Position numbers and translations under genes: made by a program. Below are positions 48,417 to 56,014 of a stretch of 64,000 nt of DNA, in pieces. The notes below the pieces were generated by a model, which did no database searches, was not told where the DNA came from, and saw only the letters and a program-made list of their open reading frames with translations. This DNA comes from an uncultured Gammaproteobacteria bacterium (GTDB taxonomy: Bacteria > Patescibacteriota > Patescibacteriia > Patescibacteriales > UBA12465), in NCBI GenBank assembly GCA_964470695.1, contig CAYYDR010000001.1, positions 10,638 through 74,637 of the forward strand, read 5' to 3'. Numbering within the stretch: the stretch's first letter is position 1; each line of letters starts with the position of its first letter.

Positions 48417-50453
48417 ATGGATGAGATGAACCGTAAAATTGAAAATGCTATTCAAGAAATTAAAAAAGAGCTTAGCAATAGAGATGATATAGCTTCTAAT
48501 ATTGGTATGCAATGGACTATTGATGATGTTTTATATAAGCCTCTTGAAAATAGAGGAATAGAGCGCTCTGTTATAGCTAGCGCTGTTAGGTTTTTATTGA
48601 ATGATGGTAAATATTTAGTTCTTGGACAAAGTGGTGGTGGTTATGGAACATTAACTCCAGAAGGGTGGCAGTGGGTTTTTGGAAAAGTAAACGTGGACAA
48701 TAATGAAGATAAAAATAATAAAAATCGTGAACAATCCCTAAATATTTTAAGAGATTATGTAAAAAATATAGTTTCAAAATTATCACCACGTGAACAGAAA
48801 ATTCTGGAAATGCGTTTTGGTTTAATTGATGGAGTGACGCACACATTGGAAGAAGTGGGCCAAGAATTTGAAGTAACCCGTGAAAGTATTCGTCGTATCG
48901 AGAGCAAAGCTTTAGAAAAAATAAGACGATTTGAAGGGATAGAAAAATTAAAAGAACTTTCTGCTAAAGATGATAGTCTTAAATTTGATAATTACGTTAA
49001 AGAATTGTTTGAAAAGAGTTTTGATAAACAAAATGGTATAAGCAAACAAAATAAAAATGGAAAGTTTAATTATACGCTACTTGATGATGGAAATTTAAGA
49101 ATGAATACTGGTAATTCTAAACCATCCATTGGTGTCGAAGATATATCTAGTGAAATAGCTAGTATATTAGTGAATATGAAAGGACAGGACGGCGCTATGT
49201 TTGGTGTATTTGGTAGATGGGGAAGAGGGAAAACGTATTTGATGAATGAAATAAAAAAGAAAAATGTTGTTAAGGAAAATTTTCATATTGTAGATTTTAA
49301 TGCTTGGAAATATCAAGATGTCCCCGCTTTGTGGGCATATTTATATTGTGAAATATTAACAAGTTACTTGCAGCGAGGTCTTAGAATGACTAGGTTTTTT
49401 AGAAGTTTTTGGTTAAATATATTTAGGTTTGGTGTAGCTAAGTTTGTATTATCAATAATTATTTCTGTTATTTTTATTTCAACAGCGTTTGTTTGTGGCT
49501 ATGATTTTATAAATTATTTTATTAAAAATAATGAATTTTCATTGATCCTTTCCGCCTTACCGGCTATTGTCGTATTGGCGCCATTATTAGAGACCTTTAG
49601 TTTTGAAAAAACATTTAGTGGTATAATAAAACAAATAACTAAAAAACCTGGATTTTTTAATGCACTTGGCCTACAGCATGAAATTCAGAAAGAGTTAGAA
49701 TTACTATTAAAGGCTTGGTGTTTTTTTAATAATAAAAAGAGCATATTACTAATTGTCGATGATATTGATAGATGTTCAGAGAATAAAATTATCAAAATAG
49801 TTGATGCCTTGAAAGTGATGCTGGATGATCAATCAATAAATAAAAAAATTGTTGTTATTGCTGCTATCGACGAAAGAATATTAAAAAGGGCAATAGAATA
49901 TAAATATCACAATTTAATTAAAAAAGGAAAAGATGATAAAACATTGAACGATGAATTGTATTCAACTATTTTGATGAGAGAATACATGGATAAATTATTT
50001 TTATGTGGGTTACGACTGGGCAAGTTAACAAAAAATGAAGTTATTACTATAGCCGATAATTTTTGTGAGCTGAATACTGATCAGGATGGCGATCATATAA
50101 ATAAAAATTTTAAGAAAGATGGTGTTATATATCAGAATAAGGACGAGAAATATATAATTGATTTGGGTAATATTGATAACAATAATAAAGACACATTATT
50201 AAAAAATCAGATGTCTAAAGAAGAAAGGGATTTAGTACATGTTTATGCTCAAGAAATAGAAAATGTTACGCCTCGACAAATAGGCATATTTGTCTTTCGC
50301 TATCTTTTAGCTAGAAATATATTGCGCATTAAAAATATAGATTATGATTATAAGAGATTGCTCCGTTTAATCGTTGGCTATATGAAAGATGAAAATATTA
50401 AGGATGAAGATGAAATTATATTAAACGTTGTTGAAATGGTGGTTCCTTATTAG
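48417..50453 (+). CDS. Sigma-70 region-4 HTH fused to a KAP-family P-loop NTPase
   Basis: 678 aa. Residues about 120-170 (LSPREQKILEMRFGLIDGVTHTLEEVGQEFEVTRESIRRIESKALEKIRR) are near-identical in pattern to RpoD region 4.2. KAP-type Walker A (GVFGRWGRGKTYLMN) follows, then two TM helices inserted in the NTPase domain (FWLNIFRFGVAKFVLSIIISVIFISTAFV...LSALPAIVVLAPLL), then KAP-type Walker B (LLIVDDIDRCSENKIIKIVDALKVML). Confidence 0.6.
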   Translation: MDEMNRKIENAIQEIKKELSNRDDIASNIGMQWTIDDVLYKPLENRGIERSVIASAVRFLLNDGKYLVLGQSGGGYGTLTPEGWQWVFGKVNVDNNEDKNNKNREQSLNILRDYVKNIVSKLSPREQKILEMRFGLIDGVTHTLEEVGQEFEVTRESIRRIESKALEKIRRFEGIEKLKELSAKDDSLKFDNYVKELFEKSFDKQNGISKQNKNGKFNYTLLDDGNLRMNTGNSKPSIGVEDISSEIASILVNMKGQDGAMFGVFGRWGRGKTYLMNEIKKKNVVKENFHIVDFNAWKYQDVPALWAYLYCEILTSYLQRGLRMTRFFRSFWLNIFRFGVAKFVLSIIISVIFISTAFVCGYDFINYFIKNNEFSLILSALPAIVVLAPLLETFSFEKTFSGIIKQITKKPGFFNALGLQHEIQKELELLLKAWCFFNNKKSILLIVDDIDRCSENKIIKIVDALKVMLDDQSINKKIVVIAAIDERILKRAIEYKYHNLIKKGKDDKTLNDELYSTILMREYMDKLFLCGLRLGKLTKNEVITIADNFCELNTDQDGDHINKNFKKDGVIYQNKDEKYIIDLGNIDNNNKDTLLKNQMSKEERDLVHVYAQEIENVTPRQIGIFVFRYLLARNILRIKNIDYDYKRLLRLIVGYMKDENIKDEDEIILNVVEMVVPY

Positions 50454-50457
50454 ATTA

Positions 50458-50658
50458 TTATTTTAGTTGAAGTATCTGTAATAATTTTGACTTTTCAGCG
50501 TTAATCCTAATCGCTGGGTACGTTGGGTATATATTGTAGAGTTCCGAGAACATGTCATCTGTGGAGCATATAAAAGGCGAGTTTTTTGGCTCGGTGTTAA
50601 TTTGGAAAATTAAATCACCCCGCTCTATATTGCTTGCGGTTGCCCGCGGGTTGCCCAT
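50458..50658 (-). CDS. Small hypothetical ORF at the island's right edge
   Basis: 66 aa with no motif. Convergent with the KAP gene. May be spurious. Confidence 0.2.
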   Translation of the reverse strand: MGNPRATASNIERGDLIFQINTEPKNSPFICSTDDMFSELYNIYPTYPAIRINAEKSKLLQILQLK

Positions 50659-50777
50659 GGGATGATTAAAATTAATAAATTCAATTAATCGTAATAAATT
50701 TAAGACTAAGACTTTTTTCTTATATTAAATAAACTAAAGAAATTAAAAGAATTTCGTTTTGTTCGTTCCTCTCTTCA

Positions 50778-50830
50778 ATTCCCGTTACCCGCTCACAAAA
50801 CAGAGACAGCCCGAAAAGGCTGTTTTTGTG
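50778..50830 (+). repeat. Right direct repeat (candidate attR) plus hairpin copy B
   Basis: attcccgttacccgctcacaaaacaga is identical to 47073-47099, followed by the hairpin cagcc-cgaaaa-ggctg plus tttttg. TATAAT and the next gene's ATG lie immediately downstream. Confidence 0.7.
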
Positions 50831-50845
50831 TTATAATATAATTAT

Positions 50846-51904
50846 ATGGAAAAAGTAAATTGGCACAAAGTTGTCACAAGAGAATATTCATTTTTATGGG
50901 CCAGCTACACTGCCTCGGCCTATAAAATTATGAAAAGATTGACTGGGACGGAGCTTAGATATAATCTTTTTTATACTCAAGGAAGAATATTAACTATCTA
51001 TCGTGAAGCAAAAGACGTCCACCGGTCCTATAAGCTCATAAATGATTTAGCGTCCAAAAATCCACAAAAAATTGTAGAATACCTAAATCATTTCAAGGAA
51101 TTAATTCACAAAAATTATGAGACCTTTAATAAAATAAAAAAAATAAAAAATAAGATGGTGCTCAAAAAAGAGCTTGTTAATTTAGATAAATTGTTTTTGG
51201 AAACCGTAGTATATTACTTATATTTTGCATTTTTGGGTTATGCGGCCGATCAGGGGGCCATTAAAAGATTTTTAAGTAGATATAAAAAACAATTTGAAGA
51301 AGTTAGAATGTTTACTATAGATTTAGACATGCATAAAGAATTTGAACGTCTTTTTGTTAAGTTTGATAAGAGGTTGAAAGGTAAAGTCCTTTTCATGACT
51401 CGTCAGGAATTAATTAAGAACCTTAAGGGGCAAAAAATATTAAAATTAAAGATCCAAAAACGAAAACAACAAGCCTTGATGATTACTAAGAATGGTATTT
51501 CTGGCGAATATCAATTTAATAAGATACAGCAAGCTTTAGATTTTGAATTGTCGCACTTAAAAATTGATAGAAATGTTAAGATATTAGAAGGCAAGACGGC
51601 TTGTCGGGGTAAGGCCAGAGGAACAGCAGTACTAGTGTTTAAGAGAGAAGATTATAAAAAGATAAGAAGAGGAAATATATTGGTTACCCCAATGACTAAA
51701 CCGGAAATTGTTCCATATATTAAAAATGTTAAAGCTATTATTACTAACGACGGCGGAGCCTTGTCTCATGCCTCTATAATATCAAGAGAGTTAAATATTC
51801 CTTGTATTGTTGGGACCACTTATGCTACAGATATTTTGAAGGATAATGACTTAGTAGAGGTAGATGCTGATAAGGGCATAGTTAAAATTTTAAAGAAGGC
51901 TTAA
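50846..51904 (+). CDS. Orphan PEP-utilising-enzyme mobile (swivel phospho-His) domain protein
   Basis: 352 aa. The C-terminal roughly 110 aa match the PEP-utilizers mobile domain (EGKTACRGKARGTAVLV...NDGGALSHASIISRELNIPCIVG, with the catalytic His in SHAS). The N-terminal roughly 240 aa are unassigned. A bidirectional terminator follows at 51947-51985. Confidence 0.55.
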   Translation: MEKVNWHKVVTREYSFLWASYTASAYKIMKRLTGTELRYNLFYTQGRILTIYREAKDVHRSYKLINDLASKNPQKIVEYLNHFKELIHKNYETFNKIKKIKNKMVLKKELVNLDKLFLETVVYYLYFAFLGYAADQGAIKRFLSRYKKQFEEVRMFTIDLDMHKEFERLFVKFDKRLKGKVLFMTRQELIKNLKGQKILKLKIQKRKQQALMITKNGISGEYQFNKIQQALDFELSHLKIDRNVKILEGKTACRGKARGTAVLVFKREDYKKIRRGNILVTPMTKPEIVPYIKNVKAIITNDGGALSHASIISRELNIPCIVGTTYATDILKDNDLVEVDADKGIVKILKKA

Positions 51905-52074
51905 ATTTGTAATTAAGTCGCAAAAAGAGCTCAAATTTTATAAAACACAAAAAATAGACTAATATCAAGTCTATTTTTTGTTTGGTTTCTTTACGCACCA
52001 ATATGTAGCTAATTAAAAAAGCCCTTATTATAAAACAAGGACTTTGTAAATTTTGCTGGAATTGAAATAATTTT

Positions 52075-52800
52075 TTAGAATCTGTTTATTATTTCCATTT
52101 TTGTTTCCATGGTTTCAATATTAATGAATTCCACCGCTAAAGAAACGCGATTGTCTTCATTAAGAGAACTCCATATGTTTTCCGCGATGTTTTCTATTTC
52201 GCCATGGAGTGGCAATAGATATGGATCGCCTGTAAAAGATGGTAGCGGGTCTCCATCTCCAAAATAAGTAGTAACGCAGTAGCCAAAGCCACGGAGTAAC
52301 GATAAATTATAGGAGAAGGAATTACACTCTACGCTCGCCGGAGATTTTTTCAATATGTTAATTTTTGCCCGGCCGTTAAGCTCGTCGTCATTTTTATCAA
52401 ATGTAGCACTTATACGCGGGGTATAGTTTGGCTCATCCGGTTCATAGGCCCAGTCGCCAGAATCTAGCGTTTCCCAACCGGACCTCACTATGTCCTCCGT
52501 TTGATGTCCGTTGCTAACAACGAACATCTTATTTTCCGCATCGCAAGCTATAGCGGTGTATATTATCAGACTGGGGTCCTTTACTTTAGCTGGGTCAGCC
52601 GCTTTTGTTTTTAGAATGCCAGGGCCATCTTCTACGAATATGCGATTTCTACTATTTTCGCTCCGGCCCATGATCCAGTAAACGAAAATTAAGTTTTTAC
52701 CTGAGTCATCAAGTCCGGCTATTATGCCGCGACCGGGGTAAATATTATTAGCCAAAGCTAATAAATTTTCTACAGCTGTCTTTGCTATTTTTTGGTGCAT
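52075..52800 (-). CDS. purO: Archaeal-type IMP cyclohydrolase PurO-like protein
   Basis: 241 aa. YPGRGIIAGLDDSGKNLIFVYWIMGRSENSRNR aligns with PurO's YLGRILAVG...SFVAYRVSSRSFPNR, VVSNGHQTEDI with VVSNGSHTD, and YTPRISATF with NTPRIAA. Confidence 0.6.
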   Translation of the reverse strand: MHQKIAKTAVENLLALANNIYPGRGIIAGLDDSGKNLIFVYWIMGRSENSRNRIFVEDGPGILKTKAADPAKVKDPSLIIYTAIACDAENKMFVVSNGHQTEDIVRSGWETLDSGDWAYEPDEPNYTPRISATFDKNDDELNGRAKINILKKSPASVECNSFSYNLSLLRGFGYCVTTYFGDGDPLPSFTGDPYLLPLHGEIENIAENIWSSLNEDNRVSLAVEFINIETMETKMEIINRF

Positions 52801-52973
52801 TGCGATTTCTCCTTCTGATGTTTGGGTTAATTGTTAATTTACTATTCAAAGAATATTAATATGGAATGAGATATATGTCAAATAAGCCAATAGACAATTG
52901 GTTGGTCTAATTAATGAGATTTTTAATAATATCCTAAACTTATACCAAAGCTATAAGATAGGTTCATAAGATA

Positions 52974-53007
52974 GAGACAGCCCAAAAGGGCTGTTTTTGT
53001 TTTTTTA
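52974..53007 (+). repeat. Hairpin copy C (third member of the island-junction hairpin family)
   Basis: agagacagccc-aaaa-gggctgtttttg is closely related to copy B (cagagacagccc-gaaaa-ggctgtttttg). It has no tRNA fragment. Confidence 0.6.
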
Positions 53008-53094
53008 TGGTGATATACTAATAGTAGAAGCCCCTGATTATAAGGAGGGTCTAATTTTAAAACGTTTCTACCTTAATTAAACATCACTAAACAT

Positions 53095-53838
53095 ATGATA
53101 GGCAGAGAATCTTTAATTCCTAAATTAGAAAAAACTCAGATTTCCGACTCAGAATTAAAAGAAAAAATCCCGAATTTTTTTCAATCCTTTCCAGAGGTTG
53201 AATCAGCTAGTAAAGCCGAAAGAAATTTTGAGGCTAATGATCTAAATATTAGCTTTTCTGTTTCCGATTCCGAGAATATCTTTGCTGATAAAAATTTACC
53301 GAAGAACCATGACGAATTAATCGGCTCTAATTTGCCCATTAACGATCGCCGTCGATTGGAATTTTTAGATTTTTTTCCAGAAGATTATTATAAGGTGGAT
53401 AATTTAATAATTAAGAATAAGGAGGGAAAAATTTTATTTGATTCGCAGCGCGAGGCAAATGGGACTATGATATTTGTTAGAAGAGATGGAAATGATCCAA
53501 ACGGTTCGGGAATCTTGGTTAGTTGTGAAGATGTTAAAATTGAGATTGAGCCAAATTCTCCGGCTGGGCTTTTTACTCTTTTTCATGAGCTAGGGCATAT
53601 TAATAATTTGGAAAAAGATTTTGAACGAATGATGGATATATCAATTGATTGTACTAAGAAAGAAATATCAGAGAATACTCTCGCTATTGAAAGAAATGCT
53701 TGGGCCTATGCCCTACAAAAAATGAGGCCGCTTTTAAAAGATATGGGCGCAAAAGAAGAGGAGATGAATGTTTTTATTCATCAGTGGGCGCTCGGTAGTT
53801 ATTCTAAATATATTGAAAAGTATTTGGCGGCAGCTTAA
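53095..53838 (+). CDS. HEXXH zinc-metallopeptidase-like protein (ImmA/IrrE-like?)
   Basis: 247 aa. LFHELGHINN is a HEXXH motif in a context reminiscent of COG2856/ImmA-type peptidases. No other assignable domain. Confidence 0.35.
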   Translation: MIGRESLIPKLEKTQISDSELKEKIPNFFQSFPEVESASKAERNFEANDLNISFSVSDSENIFADKNLPKNHDELIGSNLPINDRRRLEFLDFFPEDYYKVDNLIIKNKEGKILFDSQREANGTMIFVRRDGNDPNGSGILVSCEDVKIEIEPNSPAGLFTLFHELGHINNLEKDFERMMDISIDCTKKEISENTLAIERNAWAYALQKMRPLLKDMGAKEEEMNVFIHQWALGSYSKYIEKYLAAA

Positions 53839-53872
53839 CCTATAATTAATATTTTAAATTAACAATTTTTAT

Positions 53873-54451
53873 ATGTCACAAATGCCACAAATAATCGCCC
53901 AGGCTGACGCCTTGGCTAGAGAAGAAATAAGTAAATTTGGCGTTCCTAAGCTAGAGCATTTTGTTTTAGCCAATGAAAAAGGCCAACAGCTAGCCGAAGA
54001 GTTAAAAGTTAATAAGGAAATAGTATTACTCGGCACTATTTTAATGGATTTAAAGATTGGACAGTGTTTAAAAGAGGGGCGCTTATCCGAGCATGTTAAA
54101 GATAGTTCTCTAGCTGCCCAAGAATTTTTAAAGCAGTTTAACCTGGAGGAAGAAGTCTTAAAGAAAATAATAAGCTGTATTGAATCGCATCACGGAGTAA
54201 ATAAATATTATTGCCCGGAGGCGGAGATATGTGCTAATGCCGATTGTTACCGATTTTTAAGCGCGGAAGGATTTTTTCATGGACTTTTAATTTTCAGTGG
54301 CCGGTATAATGATTTGAACGAGGCCTTATCTCAATCGGAAAAGAAAATTGAGGAAAAATATGGCGTCCTATCGCTTGATATCTGTAAAAAAGAGTTGACT
54401 GATAATTATTATAACTTCAAGAAGTTAATAAAAGAGGCGAGAAGGGGATAG
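53873..54451 (+). CDS. Divergent HD-domain-like protein
   Basis: 192 aa. Helical, with SCIESHHG and a candidate degenerate HD motif (LLGTILMDLKIGQ, with M where H is expected). Confidence 0.3.
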   Translation: MSQMPQIIAQADALAREEISKFGVPKLEHFVLANEKGQQLAEELKVNKEIVLLGTILMDLKIGQCLKEGRLSEHVKDSSLAAQEFLKQFNLEEEVLKKIISCIESHHGVNKYYCPEAEICANADCYRFLSAEGFFHGLLIFSGRYNDLNEALSQSEKKIEEKYGVLSLDICKKELTDNYYNFKKLIKEARRG

Positions 54452-54468
54452 CTGATTATTTTTAGTTT

Positions 54469-55785
54469 ATGAAAAAATTTCTAATAATTCTCTCTGTCTT
54501 GATTGCGCTAGTAATGATTATTTTTGGCGTTATGTTCCAATTCCGCATTTGTCCGCCTAAGGGGCCGTGGCCTATGCCGCCTTGGTGCGCTTCGGAATTT
54601 ATTAAATATCAATACGAGGTAAATGTCTCGCCACTTCCTTTAACGCAGATTAAGGCCGTTAATATGTATGACACCTGGGGGCGGAATTATAATATGAATA
54701 TGGTTGAGACTACTCAGGCTAATATTGAGGAGTCTTTCACCCGCGTGGCGTCTTTAGGGGCGCAAGAAATTTATATTCATGATTTTGACCGGGCCATTTA
54801 TGATAAAGAGGCGGATTTTACTAGTCTTAATTACCAGCTGGCTGATGAGATTTTCTTAAATGACATGCGCGATGAATCTATTAGCGTTTCTGACCTTAAA
54901 ATATTAGTCGCCGCCGCGCATAATCGGGGCTTGAAATTAGGGATCAAAAGAAATATTTCTTTTGTGAACATCGGTAAATATATTAGGGATGGTTTTAAGG
55001 GTAATATTTCTGGTGCCGTCTCTAGTGACTATAAAAAGTTTAACGAATCTCATTCTGAAGACTGGATAAATGATTATTTTCAAAAATGGCAGAAAAGACT
55101 ACTGGAAAAAGGTAAAATATATCAAGAGGCGGGCGTGGATATTATGAGCATTTCACCATCATTTCAAGAACCGACTTTCGCGGGCCAGGAAAAGTTAGCT
55201 AATGAGCAGTGGAACAAGCTAATTGCCGAATTACGCCAGGTATTCAAGGGTAAAATTATGGCAGACTTAAATGTTTATGGGCTTATTGACGGCCGCAATG
55301 GTAGCGAGGATTGGACTAAATATGATTATTATAAAAAAGTTGATATTGTAGAAGTAAAAATTTATAGTATTCCGGAGAAATATTGGGACAAAGATGGCTA
55401 TACTAGGGGAAGCATGGAAAAAGCAATTAGCTCCATGACAGCTGATTTAGATAAAATGGCCGAGAAATTAGGGGTTAAAATTTCAATATTTTACGCTCCG
55501 TCCAGTTATAAAAATGGCTTGTTAAGCGGGCCGGTGGAGTTTTTAGATGTTAAGAACCCGGCTGTTATGAGTTTAGAAAAAGATTATGAGGAACAGACGC
55601 TGGCTTTTGATTATTTTTTTAAGTCAGTGAAGGATAAAAAGAATATTGAGAGACTGAATGCAGCAAATTTCGCCTGGGACGACGCCCTAGACCCAGAAGT
55701 GAAGCCTAGAATTTCCGTTTCCGCCGGATTTAGGAATAAGCCGGCAGAAGCAGTAATTGGGGCATGGTGGGCCGCTAAATATTGA
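54469..55785 (+). CDS. Hypothetical membrane-anchored/secreted protein
   Basis: 438 aa with an N-terminal TM/signal sequence and no recognised catalytic motif. Possibly a TIM-barrel glycosidase-like fold; this is a guess. Confidence 0.35.
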   Translation: MKKFLIILSVLIALVMIIFGVMFQFRICPPKGPWPMPPWCASEFIKYQYEVNVSPLPLTQIKAVNMYDTWGRNYNMNMVETTQANIEESFTRVASLGAQEIYIHDFDRAIYDKEADFTSLNYQLADEIFLNDMRDESISVSDLKILVAAAHNRGLKLGIKRNISFVNIGKYIRDGFKGNISGAVSSDYKKFNESHSEDWINDYFQKWQKRLLEKGKIYQEAGVDIMSISPSFQEPTFAGQEKLANEQWNKLIAELRQVFKGKIMADLNVYGLIDGRNGSEDWTKYDYYKKVDIVEVKIYSIPEKYWDKDGYTRGSMEKAISSMTADLDKMAEKLGVKISIFYAPSSYKNGLLSGPVEFLDVKNPAVMSLEKDYEEQTLAFDYFFKSVKDKKNIERLNAANFAWDDALDPEVKPRISVSAGFRNKPAEAVIGAWWAAKY

Positions 55786-55834
55786 TTTAATTCCAATAAT
55801 AGGCTAAGATGAGTATTATTTATTATCTATTTAT

Positions 55835-55966
55835 ATGGCTAAAAGAACAACTGGAGTCGGCAAGAATAAGAAATCGCATTCTCGCAAGACTAAGAAAAGA
55901 TTGGAAGTTAAGCGCTTAATGCTTGAAGCTAAGGCTCTTAAGAAAGGTAAGCACAATATAAAATAA
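55835..55966 (+). CDS. Candidate small basic protein (43 aa)
   Basis: MAKRTTGVGKNKKSHSRKTKKRLEVKRLMLEAKALKKGKHNIK*. Followed by a clean terminator (aaaacaaccc-ttcttaaa-gggttgtttttg, 55969-56000). Below the ORF-track length cutoff. An overlapping alternative frame also exists. Confidence 0.25.
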   Translation: MAKRTTGVGKNKKSHSRKTKKRLEVKRLMLEAKALKKGKHNIK

Positions 55967-56014
55967 AGTTTAAAACAACCCTTCTTAAAGGGTTGTTTTT
56001 GTTAATAGAAAATT

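Larger units (their letters stand above)
47089..50804 (+). mobile_element. Integrase-less genomic island inserted at tRNA-Gly(GCC), flanked by 27-nt direct repeats
   Basis: Exact 27-nt direct repeats of the tRNA 3' end bracket about 3.7 kb. The content is visibly more AT-rich than flanking housekeeping genes, with Asn/Lys/Ile-rich proteins. No recombinase ORF was found. Confidence 0.45.

Noticed and set aside
47089-50804. Considered calling the island an intact integrative element or prophage
   Set aside because: No integrase, excisionase, or replication or structural genes are present. Only direct repeats and cargo are seen. It is reported as a remnant or accreted island instead.
47073-53007. 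Considered whether the three spaced hairpin copies could be a CRISPR-like array or a MITE family
   Set aside because: There are only three copies at roughly 2-4 kb spacing with non-identical sequence. There are no regular short spacers and no cas genes. The layout fits att-site or terminator junction modules instead.
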